Shown here piece by piece: positions 9,717 to 20,250 of a DNA stretch of 36,480 nucleotides. The notes beneath the pieces are model-generated. The model was not told the origin of the DNA, searched no databases, and was given only the letters and a program-made list of their open reading frames with translations. The DNA is from Phycisphaerales bacterium. GTDB lineage: Bacteria > Planctomycetota > Phycisphaerae > WQYP01. Position 1 is the first letter of the stretch, and every line of letters begins with the position of its first letter. The position numbers and the translations under genes are program-made. The stretch is from NCBI GenBank assembly GCA_027451365.1, contig DAIDJN010000037.1, forward strand, positions 1 through 36,480. Reading direction: 5' to 3'.

Positions 9717-12332
9717 CTACCGCATTTGTAGCGGGCGTTTGAACGTGCGCAGCAGCGGCAGGCCAACACCGGCAAAAGCCATGATAATCGTTGCGGCCGC
9801 GGCAATCGGGATGGCCATCCATGAAATAATCAGCATCGAATGAAAACCCGTCAAGCGATGATCAACCTGTGTGGCCATGAAAGTCATGTAAATTCCCAGC
9901 AGGCTGCCCAGCAGAATCGCCAGAATCAGATTCAACGACAATTCCGCCAGCAGAAGACGAAGTATCTGCCCACGTGAGGCCCCTACCGCGAATAGAATTC
10001 CGAGTTCATACCTTCTGGACCGGATGTCCGCAGCCACCAGCATACCGGCACCAATTCCCCCAGTCAGAAACACCGCCGTTGCCAGCAGGAGCATTGCCTG
10101 CATCACCCGTCGCACGACGGCATTCAGGCGGCGTTTCATCTGACGGACCGAGGTGCCACGAAGTTGCATTGCCTTTAAATTAAAAATATTGGAAAACAGT
10201 GTCGGATGCCGTGGCCGCCCCAGAAAGGCTTTAACTCCCATTACCACCGCCATACCTTTGAATCCCGGTTTAACCCTTAGCAGCACCATATTCGCCCCAC
10301 CTATTCCAAAATATTCAGCCGATTCCGCCAGCGTGCCCAATACAGAAATACTTGCCATCGAATGAAACATATGCCCGACGCGCATATATCCGGCGGCCAT
10401 GCTCATTCCGCGCGAATATACCACTCCGGCGACCTTAAAACGCCGTGGTCCCAACAGTGTCTGCAATACCAGAGAATTTGGAATTTCGCCCGCGCCCAGC
10501 CGCAATCGTGTAGCCACCAGAAGTCCGGTACCATTAAGCAGCGACGCCTGGGATTTTGCGGCTGAACCACGCACAAATTGCAGTCCTACCATCCGGCTGA
10601 ATCTGCGCGGTTGCACCGCCACAAACAGAATACTGTTTTCCTTGGGCGCGGCCTTTGCCGGTTCATTATTCTGGCGCGTCACCCAAAATGCGGTCAAGCC
10701 GGTCGCCGCTTTTATTCCCGGTACTTTGGCAGCAAGATTTTCCAGTCGGTTCTGCCGCAGCGGTGAAACCGGGCTGAACACAAATGCGTCTGGAAAATGA
10801 GCGGGAAACTCCCATGATTTAATCAATCCCGCGCCGCGACTTCGCATGGAAATAAAAAATGCGGTGCCGAACAGCAGCGACGCGATTAAAAATCCCGCCC
10901 GATACGGCGCGCGGTTCCAGGCCCCATGCAGCAGGGCACCTTCAATACGCCATATCCAGCCCAAAAAGCCCCGGCCTGTTCCCTCCAGCCACGATGCCAG
11001 CGGCGGCCCAAATGCAAAGGCTGAAAAAAATAACAGCGGTGCCCCCACCAGCGCATAGACCCCAACTGCCACCCGACTATCAGGAATTTCCCATAAACAG
11101 CGCTGAAGTGTAACGGCCAGCGCACCTGCCACAAATAACGGCCAGACCCGCCGCCGCAATGGACCGGCGCCCGCAACGCGCACCGCCGCCATGGGGCTGA
11201 CCCGCAGGGCCTGTCCCAGCGGTAGGAGCAGACCAATCAAGGTTGCCAGCACCCCGCTTATAAGTCCCCACGCCATCGCGGCGGTATCCAGCGGCAAGAT
11301 TCCAAAAATATTTCTGAAATGAAAGGCTATGGCCGCCGCCATTGGAATCGCCAGCCCAATTCCCACCAGAATTCCACACGACGCCGGCATCGCTGTTTCG
11401 CATATCACGGCCGCCGCCAGTTGGCCACGGCTCGCCCCGATGCAGCGCAATTGCCCAAGATAGCGTACGCGTTCGGCAAAGCCGATCAGCATAATGGCCA
11501 TGATGAACATCCCGCACCCGATGGCCGCCGGTACAACGGTCAGAACCGTTAGCCTGTTAAATATCTGCTGTATCTTTGCAAATGCGGCTCGCGATCCACC
11601 CGCAGTCACAATTTTTACCGCCGGTCCAAGCTGTCTCTGAAGCCGAGCGACAAAACTTTTTTTATTCACGCCAGTTTTCAAACGAATGTCAATTTGTGTC
11701 AAACCAACAGGACCATGCACAATGTCGCCCAACAACCCCATGCTTACATATCCGTGGGGCTGGGCCAAAAATCTTTTCACGGCGGATCGGCTCGCAATTC
11801 CGCACACCAGGACGCGCCGCGTCTTTGCGGCCGTCAGCCGAATTAGAATTGATTGGCCCACCTTCACATGCAGCGAGCTGGCCAGGCCGCCATCCAGCAC
11901 AATCTCCTGATTCCACCCCTGCGTCGTTCGGCGCGGCAATTTGCCCCGCACCATTTGCAGCGGATGCAATTTTCCCATGGCCGGCCATGAAAGGCCGGTA
12001 AGGGGTGCAATAATCGCGTGCTTCCGGAAAATAAATTGTGCGTAAACCTGGGCCTGCCCCCCCGCTGTTTGCACCTTTGAATTTTGCCTTAGCGTGCGAA
12101 GAAGTTTTCGCGGAAGCGTCTGGCCGGCCTTTGCCACCAGAGGACGCAGTCGCACATCCACACTGCCCAGCCAGCCGGTCATGCGTTGTTCAAAATGGTT
12201 CCGCGCCCCGGCCAGCAGCAGGCTGGTCAGTGTGACCAGTCCCACCGCAAGCAGCACCACCAGCGCGACCAGAATGCCGCGTGCCGGCTTAGCGCGCCAG
12301 TTCCTGATAGCGAGCTGCCAGACCGGCTGCAT
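9717..12332 (-). CDS. ABC transporter permease, duplicated FtsX/MacB type
   Basis: Two copies of the FtsX motif (ERVRYLGQLRCIGASRGQL; SRRYELGILFAVGASRGQI) with TM clusters and two large soluble domains. Confidence 0.9.
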   Translation of the reverse strand: MQPVWQLAIRNWRAKPARGILVALVVLLAVGLVTLTSLLLAGARNHFEQRMTGWLGSVDVRLRPLVAKAGQTLPRKLLRTLRQNSKVQTAGGQAQVYAQFIFRKHAIIAPLTGLSWPAMGKLHPLQMVRGKLPRRTTQGWNQEIVLDGGLASSLHVKVGQSILIRLTAAKTRRVLVCGIASRSAVKRFLAQPHGYVSMGLLGDIVHGPVGLTQIDIRLKTGVNKKSFVARLQRQLGPAVKIVTAGGSRAAFAKIQQIFNRLTVLTVVPAAIGCGMFIMAIMLIGFAERVRYLGQLRCIGASRGQLAAAVICETAMPASCGILVGIGLAIPMAAAIAFHFRNIFGILPLDTAAMAWGLISGVLATLIGLLLPLGQALRVSPMAAVRVAGAGPLRRRVWPLFVAGALAVTLQRCLWEIPDSRVAVGVYALVGAPLLFFSAFAFGPPLASWLEGTGRGFLGWIWRIEGALLHGAWNRAPYRAGFLIASLLFGTAFFISMRSRGAGLIKSWEFPAHFPDAFVFSPVSPLRQNRLENLAAKVPGIKAATGLTAFWVTRQNNEPAKAAPKENSILFVAVQPRRFSRMVGLQFVRGSAAKSQASLLNGTGLLVATRLRLGAGEIPNSLVLQTLLGPRRFKVAGVVYSRGMSMAAGYMRVGHMFHSMASISVLGTLAESAEYFGIGGANMVLLRVKPGFKGMAVVMGVKAFLGRPRHPTLFSNIFNLKAMQLRGTSVRQMKRRLNAVVRRVMQAMLLLATAVFLTGGIGAGMLVAADIRSRRYELGILFAVGASRGQILRLLLAELSLNLILAILLGSLLGIYMTFMATQVDHRLTGFHSMLIISWMAIPIAAAATIIMAFAGVGLPLLRTFKRPLQMR

Positions 12333-13050
12333 GCTGCACTTCCTCTATCAAAAAGCCGCCAGCCACATGGCCATCGCGCAGCACAACCACACGTTGCGAC
12401 TGCATCGCGGCGGTAGGTTCATGGGTTACCAGCAGGACTGTGGCCCGCAGCGAAGGCAAAACCGTCGCCAGAAGTTTCCAGAAATGGCCCGCATTTACAG
12501 AATCCAGATTGCCGGTTGGTTCGTCGGCAAGTATCACGGGTGGCCGCATAACCAGCGCGCGTGCAATTGCGGTGCGTTGTTGCTCGCCACCGGATAAGGC
12601 GTCAGGACGGTGGCGCTTTCTGGGTAAAAGACCGAGCCTTTCGATGAGTTCACCCGCCCATTCCACAGTGCCTTTTCCGCAATCGCGGGCCAGTCGGGCG
12701 GGCAACAGTATATTTTCCTCGACCGTCAGAGATGGAATCAGATTAAATTGTTGAAAAATAATGCCCACCGTCCGGCGACGAAATTGGACGGCCTGCGTCT
12801 CGGTCAGTGTTGCCAGCGAAAGGCCGGCAATTTCGATGTCTCCACGGTCCGGCTTGTCAAGAAGCGCACACAGGTGGAGCAGTGTGGATTTTCCAGATCC
12901 GCTGGCCCCCATGATCGCCACAAATTCCCCAGCCGCCGCCGACAAACTCACCTGATTCAGAGCCTGAATCTGATGAACACCCTGACGGTGAACTTTGTCC
13001 ACATTGCGGATGGAAATAGCGCCGGGAGTATTTGTTGATGCATCAGCCAT
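12289..13050 (-). CDS. ABC transporter ATP-binding protein (LolD/MacB family)
   Basis: Walker A GASGSGKST, signature LSGGEQQR, ILADEPTGNLD and VTHE. Start placed at MADAST. Confidence 0.93.
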   Translation of the reverse strand: MADASTNTPGAISIRNVDKVHRQGVHQIQALNQVSLSAAAGEFVAIMGASGSGKSTLLHLCALLDKPDRGDIEIAGLSLATLTETQAVQFRRRTVGIIFQQFNLIPSLTVEENILLPARLARDCGKGTVEWAGELIERLGLLPRKRHRPDALSGGEQQRTAIARALVMRPPVILADEPTGNLDSVNAGHFWKLLATVLPSLRATVLLVTHEPTAAMQSQRVVVLRDGHVAGGFLIEEVQHAAGLAARYQELAR

Positions 13051-13153
13051 TGGGAACATCATAGGCGGTGAGTGCCTCACCGGACAATCCCACTGCCACC
13101 ATGGCGAACGAACATCCACCAGAAATCCAAGCCGCCCCACTTGTGTTCGTCCC

Positions 13154-15146
<1,993 letters not shown>

Positions 15147-15336
15147 ACAAATCTGTTCCTGTTAGGTATCAGCGGCAATGCGTCGCAACCTTTCAAAGTT
15201 TTTTGCATACCGCCTGATCGCGTAAATCCGAGGTATTGACGGTCGCCGCATCAATTATCGGCCATTTACGGTGAGCAATTTGGTCAAAACCACCAAAATG
15301 GCGAATTCATCGGTTTTTGGCGCTCGTTGGGCGGCG

Positions 15337-16557
15337 TTAGGACTTATTCACCATCGCGTGAACTTTCATTGGCAGGCCCAAGAGCTTGATGAAGCCGATG
15401 GCATCTTTACCATCATATTCGTCGCCCATGGTAAAGCTGGCCAAGTCCTTCTGATACAGACTGTGGGGCGACGTGATCGCCGCAATCGTCGCGCGCCCCT
15501 TGAACAGCCGCAACTTTACACGTCCGGTTACATGGCGCATGGCATGGGTTACGAACGTATCCAGTGCCTCGCGCAGGGGATGGAACCATTGTCCATAATA
15601 AACCAGTTCCGCATATTTAAGCGCCACCTGCTGCTTGTAATGCAAGGTTTCCCGCTCCAGGCAAAGCGATTCAAGTCCGCGGATCGCCGTCAGCAGAATG
15701 GTGCCGCCCGGCGTTTCATACGCACCGCGGCTTTTCATGCCGACCAGGCGGTTTTCCACCAAATCAGTCTGGCCCACGCCATGCCGGCCGCCAAGGGCAT
15801 TGAGTGTTTCGATAATCTTGTGGGGCGCAGGCTTTTTGCCGTTCACGCCGACCGGGGTTCCGGCCTGGAAATCCACCGTCACAAATTCAGCGCGGCTTGG
15901 CGCCTTGCCCACCGGCACGCTCATGACCCACAGGTTATCCAACGGCTCGTTTGCCGGGTCTTCAAGGTCCGCTCCTTCATGTGAAATATGCCATAAATTA
16001 CGATCGCGCGAATATATTTTTTTTATACTCTGGGCAATTGGAACGCCTTTTTTCTTTGCATATTCAATGGCTGCCTCGCGGCTGCGGAGTTCAAACCGGT
16101 CGTCTTTCCATGGCGCGATTATTTTCAATCCCGGCCCCAGCGCCATATAAGTCAGTTCAAACCGCACCTGATCATTGCCCTTGCCTGTTGCACCATGCGA
16201 AACCGCATCCGCTCCTTCGTTGAGCGCCGTTTGCACCTGATATTTGGCAATCAACGGCCTGGCAATGGATGTTCCAAGCATATATGTATGTTCATATACT
16301 GCACCAGCCCGCAGCATGGGGAAGCAGTAGTCGCGGGCGAATTCCTCTCGCAGGTCTTTGACAATACACTTGTCGGCCCCGCTGGCCAGCGCCTTTTGTT
16401 TAATGCCCTCAAGTTCATCCCCCTGGCCAAGTTCCGCGGCAAACGCGATCACTTTGCAACCGGGGTAGTTGTCCTTGAGCCAGGGAAGAATGACCGAGGT
16501 GTCCAGTCCGCCGGAATAGGCGAGGACGATCTTTTTTACACTTTGGGTCTGGGCCAT
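15337..16557 (-). CDS. argG: Argininosuccinate synthase
   Basis: VLAYSGGLDTS, HGATGKGNDQVRFE, SRDRNLWHISHEG and ENRLVGMKSRGAYETPG. Confidence 0.98.
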   Translation of the reverse strand: MAQTQSVKKIVLAYSGGLDTSVILPWLKDNYPGCKVIAFAAELGQGDELEGIKQKALASGADKCIVKDLREEFARDYCFPMLRAGAVYEHTYMLGTSIARPLIAKYQVQTALNEGADAVSHGATGKGNDQVRFELTYMALGPGLKIIAPWKDDRFELRSREAAIEYAKKKGVPIAQSIKKIYSRDRNLWHISHEGADLEDPANEPLDNLWVMSVPVGKAPSRAEFVTVDFQAGTPVGVNGKKPAPHKIIETLNALGGRHGVGQTDLVENRLVGMKSRGAYETPGGTILLTAIRGLESLCLERETLHYKQQVALKYAELVYYGQWFHPLREALDTFVTHAMRHVTGRVKLRLFKGRATIAAITSPHSLYQKDLASFTMGDEYDGKDAIGFIKLLGLPMKVHAMVNKS

Positions 16558-16847
16558 AAAAACGCTCCTTCATAAGCCAAGCGGGATATCATGCGCATTT
16601 GCCGCCCGCTTGGCAACCCGCCCAGGCGCTTTTGGCCCTGTTGCGCGCGTCCATATTTTTGTTTTGCGTGCCATCGATTTTTGGCACCACGTCATTCAAA
16701 CGGTATTGCGAACGGTCATTCCGGCTTTTAATCCACTGTATTGATAGGAAACATGACCGGGCCGGCCCACACCAGCAAGACGGTAAGCCTGATTATTCAC
16801 ATACGCGGGCCTTTATCCAGCAGGGCTTAGCCTTAAGCCCGCAACCT

Positions 16848-18884
16848 TCAGTCGACCGCGTCCGGATAGGCGTCCAGAAATTCGCGCTCTCCAAGAATCG
16901 GAATTTTCAGTTTGCGGGCCTTTTCCAGTTTGCCGCCTGCTTCGGCACCGGCAATAACAAAAGCGGTCGATTTACTTACCGATTCCCCCGCTTTCCCACC
17001 CAGCTTTTCAATAAAACTCCGTATCTGGCTTCGTGTAAATTTTTCCAGAGTACCGGTCACCACGACAGTTTTTCCGCTTAAGGGCCCGTCCATAGCCTGC
17101 GTTGTCGCACGTGCCGCGTTGGTGTTTACTCCCAACCCCGCGAGTTCCTCCAGCAGAACCAGTCCGCCGAGATTATGGAGATAGTCGTAAAGCGATTGCC
17201 CCGCGACCTCGCCGACTCCTTCGGCCGTTTGGAAAGCATTAGGCGATGCGGCTCGCAACGCTTCAAGCGACGGAAAACAGGCGGCCACCAGTTCCGCAGT
17301 GCGGGTGCCGATGTGGCGAATTCCAAGTCCGCCGAGCAGCCGTTCAAGTCCGCGCGCTTTGCTTTTTTCAATACCCTGGAGCAGATTTTCCGCAGATTTC
17401 GCCCCCATGCGTTCCAGGGCCTCAAGCCGAGTCAACGAAAGGCGGTATAGGTCCGGAATACTCCTGACCAGTCCAGCTGTCATAAGTTGTTCAATAATCG
17501 CCGGGCCAAGGTTTTCAATATCCATCTGTCGGCGACCGCCAAAATATCGCAAGCGTTCCGCAAGCTGTGCCGGGCAAGCCGCATTCATGCAACGTACAAA
17601 ACCGCCCTCACGGACCGTTGCGGTCGCACAAGACGGGCATTGCTCGGGCGGCTTTATCGCCACGGCGTCGGCGGGCCGTTGGACCGGTGCCACCCCCACG
17701 ACATAAGGAATCACCTCGCCGGCCTTTTGGACCAGCACATAGTCGAACAGGTGAATATCTTTTCGCACAATTTCATCAAAATTATGCAGGCTTGCGCGGT
17801 ACACCTGAGTTCCGCTGATAAACACCGGCGGTTCAAATTCAGCGACCGGCGTAATGGTTCCGGTCTTGCCCACCTGGAATACCACACGCGCCAACCGGGT
17901 CGTAGCCTGTTCCGGTTGATATTTATATGCAATGCACCAGCGCGGCGCCCGTGACGTAGATCCCAATTCGCGCCGTTGGGCCAAGGAATCAACTTTTATC
18001 ACCACGCCGTCGGTATCGAACGGCAAATTGCGGCGAATGTCCGCAAATCGCGTCAGGAATTCCTGCACAGCCGCTATGTCGTCCACCATGGTGATGTGCG
18101 GTGCCAAAACAAATCCCAGATCAGAGAGATAATTCAGCCATATCCGATAGCCGACAAAATCAAACCCTTCCACTTGTCCTTGGCCATGTGGAAGAAACCG
18201 CAGCTTTCTGGCGGCCACCAAGCGTGAATCAAGTAGTTTCAAAGTTCCGGCCGCGGTATTCCGTGGATTGGCGTACAGCGCTTCGCCCATATCTTCCTGC
18301 TGCTGATTTATTAGCAGGAATTGATCACGTGTCAGAAACGCTTCACCCCGAATTTCCAGAATTTCAGGAATGACCGCCGGATACCCTGCTGTCGGCACCG
18401 GCTCCTGAAGTTTCAGTGGTATGTTGCGGATCGTGCGGGCATTAACGGTTACATCATCGCCCACCGCACCATCGCCGCGGGTGGCCGCCTGAACCAGGAA
18501 TCCATTTTCATAGCGCAGCGAAAGGGACACACCGTCAATTTTTGGTTCGCAAACATATGAAACCAGTGCATCACCGAGCAGTTTTCGCACGCGGGCGTCA
18601 AATGCGACAACCTCCCCTGTGGTATAGGTGTTGTCAATGGAAATCATGGGAACGGCATGACGAGCCTGGGCGAATTCTTCAATCGGTGCTCCACCGACCT
18701 TTTGCGTCGGAGAATCCAGTGCGGCAAACTCAGGATGCGCCGTCTCCAAAGCTCGCAATCGTTTAAACAAGTCATCATATTGCTGGTCGGTTAATTCCGG
18801 CTTGGCCAACTGGTAATACAGCCGATCATGATGGCGAATTTGATCGCGCAGTTCTTGAATCTGATTCTTTATGGCGTCTTGCAT
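16848..18884 (-). CDS. ligA: NAD-dependent DNA ligase
   Basis: Adenylation motif EPKIDG, ATRGDG, NPRNTAAG, DGVVIKV, Zn finger (CPSC...C...C), HhH and C-terminal BRCT (VVTGTL...GGK). Start placed at MQDAIK. Confidence 0.98.
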   Translation of the reverse strand: MQDAIKNQIQELRDQIRHHDRLYYQLAKPELTDQQYDDLFKRLRALETAHPEFAALDSPTQKVGGAPIEEFAQARHAVPMISIDNTYTTGEVVAFDARVRKLLGDALVSYVCEPKIDGVSLSLRYENGFLVQAATRGDGAVGDDVTVNARTIRNIPLKLQEPVPTAGYPAVIPEILEIRGEAFLTRDQFLLINQQQEDMGEALYANPRNTAAGTLKLLDSRLVAARKLRFLPHGQGQVEGFDFVGYRIWLNYLSDLGFVLAPHITMVDDIAAVQEFLTRFADIRRNLPFDTDGVVIKVDSLAQRRELGSTSRAPRWCIAYKYQPEQATTRLARVVFQVGKTGTITPVAEFEPPVFISGTQVYRASLHNFDEIVRKDIHLFDYVLVQKAGEVIPYVVGVAPVQRPADAVAIKPPEQCPSCATATVREGGFVRCMNAACPAQLAERLRYFGGRRQMDIENLGPAIIEQLMTAGLVRSIPDLYRLSLTRLEALERMGAKSAENLLQGIEKSKARGLERLLGGLGIRHIGTRTAELVAACFPSLEALRAASPNAFQTAEGVGEVAGQSLYDYLHNLGGLVLLEELAGLGVNTNAARATTQAMDGPLSGKTVVVTGTLEKFTRSQIRSFIEKLGGKAGESVSKSTAFVIAGAEAGGKLEKARKLKIPILGEREFLDAYPDAVD

Positions 18885-18949
18885 GAGGACGTTATAACCT
18901 GACCAGAGAACCCTTATCAACACAACCAGCCGCCCCCGACCGGATGGCC

Positions 18950-19060
18950 CATTGAGCAAGGAGGCGAAATCTCCCGACCGATGGTATCGGGACAGGAGCC
19001 GCCCATCGGGATTAAGGTGGCGCAGCCACCGTCCGCAAGGAAGAAAAAGAAGCGCAGCGC
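18950..19060 (+). repeat. Hairpin cluster, directly repeated at 20280-20372
   Basis: CATTGAGC(A/C)AGGAGGCGAAATC and CAGGAGCCGC(C/A)CATCGGGATT are shared with 20280-20331. Also includes GGTGGC-GCA-GCCACC and GAAGCGCAGCGC. Confidence 0.85.
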
Positions 19061-19070
19061 CCCCAAATTC

Positions 19071-19102
19071 TTCTAACTCCTAACTTCTAACTCCTAACTC
19101 CT
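19071..19102 (+). repeat. Heptamer tandem repeat (TYCTAAC) x4.5
   Basis: TTCTAAC TCCTAAC TTCTAAC TCCTAAC TCCT. Confidence 0.9.
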
Positions 19103-19105
19103 GTG

Positions 19106-19228
19106 TTTTAAGCGATGCGCCGCATCGCGTCTCATTAAGGTGGCGCAGCCACCGTCTCATTAAGTGAGGCCGGGGCCGAACGTCTCATTAAAGCCGCCGC
19201 AGGCGGCTGTCTCATTGAAGCGCAGCGC
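19106..19228 (+). repeat. GTCTCATTRA/variable-hairpin array, block 1
   Basis: Constant 10-mer at 19129, 19154, 19182 and 19209, each preceded by a palindrome; ends with AGCGCAGCGC. Confidence 0.92.
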
Positions 19229-19262
19229 CGCTCCCATGCCAAATACCAACCTCAACCTGGGG

Positions 19263-19281
19263 GGCGGGCGTCTCGCCCGCC
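19263..19281 (+). repeat. REP-like palindrome GGCGGGCG-TCT-CGCCCGCC
   Basis: Perfect 8-bp stem between the two array blocks. Confidence 0.65.
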
Positions 19282-19313
19282 AAATACTAAATATTAACTC
19301 GTGCTTCCTGCGC

Positions 19314-19433
19314 TTTTAAGCGATGCACCGCATCGCGTCTCATTAAGGTGGCGCTGCCACCGTCTCATTAAAGCCGCCGCAGCCGGCTGTCTCATTAATC
19401 CCGGCGCACCGGGAGTCTCATTGAGCGCAGCGC
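19314..19433 (+). repeat. GTCTCATTRA/variable-hairpin array, block 2
   Basis: Constant 10-mer at 19337, 19362, 19389 and 19415, each preceded by a palindrome; ends with GCGCAGCGC. Confidence 0.92.
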
Positions 19434-19436
19434 ACC

Positions 19437-19464
19437 TTGAACTTCCGCCTTGGCCTGTTATACT
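19437..19464 (+). promoter_or_regulatory. Sigma70-type promoter of the TA operon, probably leaderless
   Basis: TTGAAC-16 nt-TATACT with extended -10 TG; the ATG follows 6 nt after the -10. Confidence 0.65.
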
Positions 19465-19470
19465 AAAGGT

Positions 19471-19716
19471 ATGAAAACTGCAATCTCCATTCCTGATGAC
19501 ATTTATGCCAGGGCGGCACGGTTTGCCGCACGAACAAACAAAACGCGCAGTCGGCTTTTTACTGATGCCGTGCGGGAATACCTGGCCCACCACGCACCCG
19601 ATGAAATAACCAGGGCAATGAACGCGGCCTGCCGCGATGTGAAAGATTCAAATGATTCAAAGGATCCATTTGTCACTTCCGCCTCACGTCGCATGCTGGA
19701 GCGTCAGGAATGGTAA
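19471..19716 (+). CDS. Ribbon-helix-helix (CopG-like) antitoxin
   Basis: MKTAISIPDDIY...TRSRLFTDAVREYL RHH pattern; overlaps the toxin start. Confidence 0.88.
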   Translation: MKTAISIPDDIYARAARFAARTNKTRSRLFTDAVREYLAHHAPDEITRAMNAACRDVKDSNDSKDPFVTSASRRMLERQEW

Positions 19717-20054
19717 TTTCCCAAGGCGAAATATGGTGGGCCGAACTTGATGAACCAAAAGGCTCAAGCCCCGGCTTCCGGCGGCCCGTGGTGGTGGTAC
19801 AATCCGACGCCCTGAACATGAGCGACATTGGGACAGTCGTCTGCGTCCCGCTGACCAGCAATCTCAAATGGGCGTCCGCCCCGGGCAACGTCCCGCTTTC
19901 AGCGCGCCAGACTTCACTTCCGAAAGATTCCGTTGCGAACGTATCGCAGATTATCACGATAGATAAACAGATGTTAACCGTTCGGGCAGGCAAACTGACG
20001 CGTTCACGCCTGGAATCGATTCTGATCGGTATCGACATTATTTTGGGTAAATAG
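19710..20054 (+). CDS. mazF: PemK/MazF-family endoribonuclease toxin
   Basis: QGEIWWAEL, PGFRRPVVVVQSD, VPLTSN, DSVANVSQIITIDK. Confidence 0.93.
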   Translation: MVISQGEIWWAELDEPKGSSPGFRRPVVVVQSDALNMSDIGTVVCVPLTSNLKWASAPGNVPLSARQTSLPKDSVANVSQIITIDKQMLTVRAGKLTRSRLESILIGIDIILGK

Positions 20055-20222
20055 CCGCCTGTCGTCCGGCGGTAATTAACCGGCGACCCGCTCGTAACCC
20101 GGCCGCCGTTCCGAAATCCAAAATCCCCAAATTTCAAATCCCCCATTCCAAGGTCACCAAAGTAATCGCGCCGCAGCCGCAGGCTGCATGAAATCACAAG
20201 CTGCGGCGCAGCTTACCTCCGC

Positions 20223-20250
20223 TACTCATTACTCGTTATTCATTATTCAT
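20223..20250 (+). repeat. Heptamer tandem repeat (TAYTCRT) x4
   Basis: TACTCAT TACTCGT TATTCAT TATTCAT. Confidence 0.85.

Noticed and set aside
19128..19420. Synthetic Golden Gate scars (CGTCTC is a BsmBI site)
   Set aside because: The base before GTCTC varies (C, T, A), a decayed natural copy exists at 2107, and there is no vector sequence.
19106..19433. CRISPR array
   Set aside because: The repeat is only 10 nt, the spacers are 15-18 nt, palindromic and reused between blocks, and no cas genes are present.
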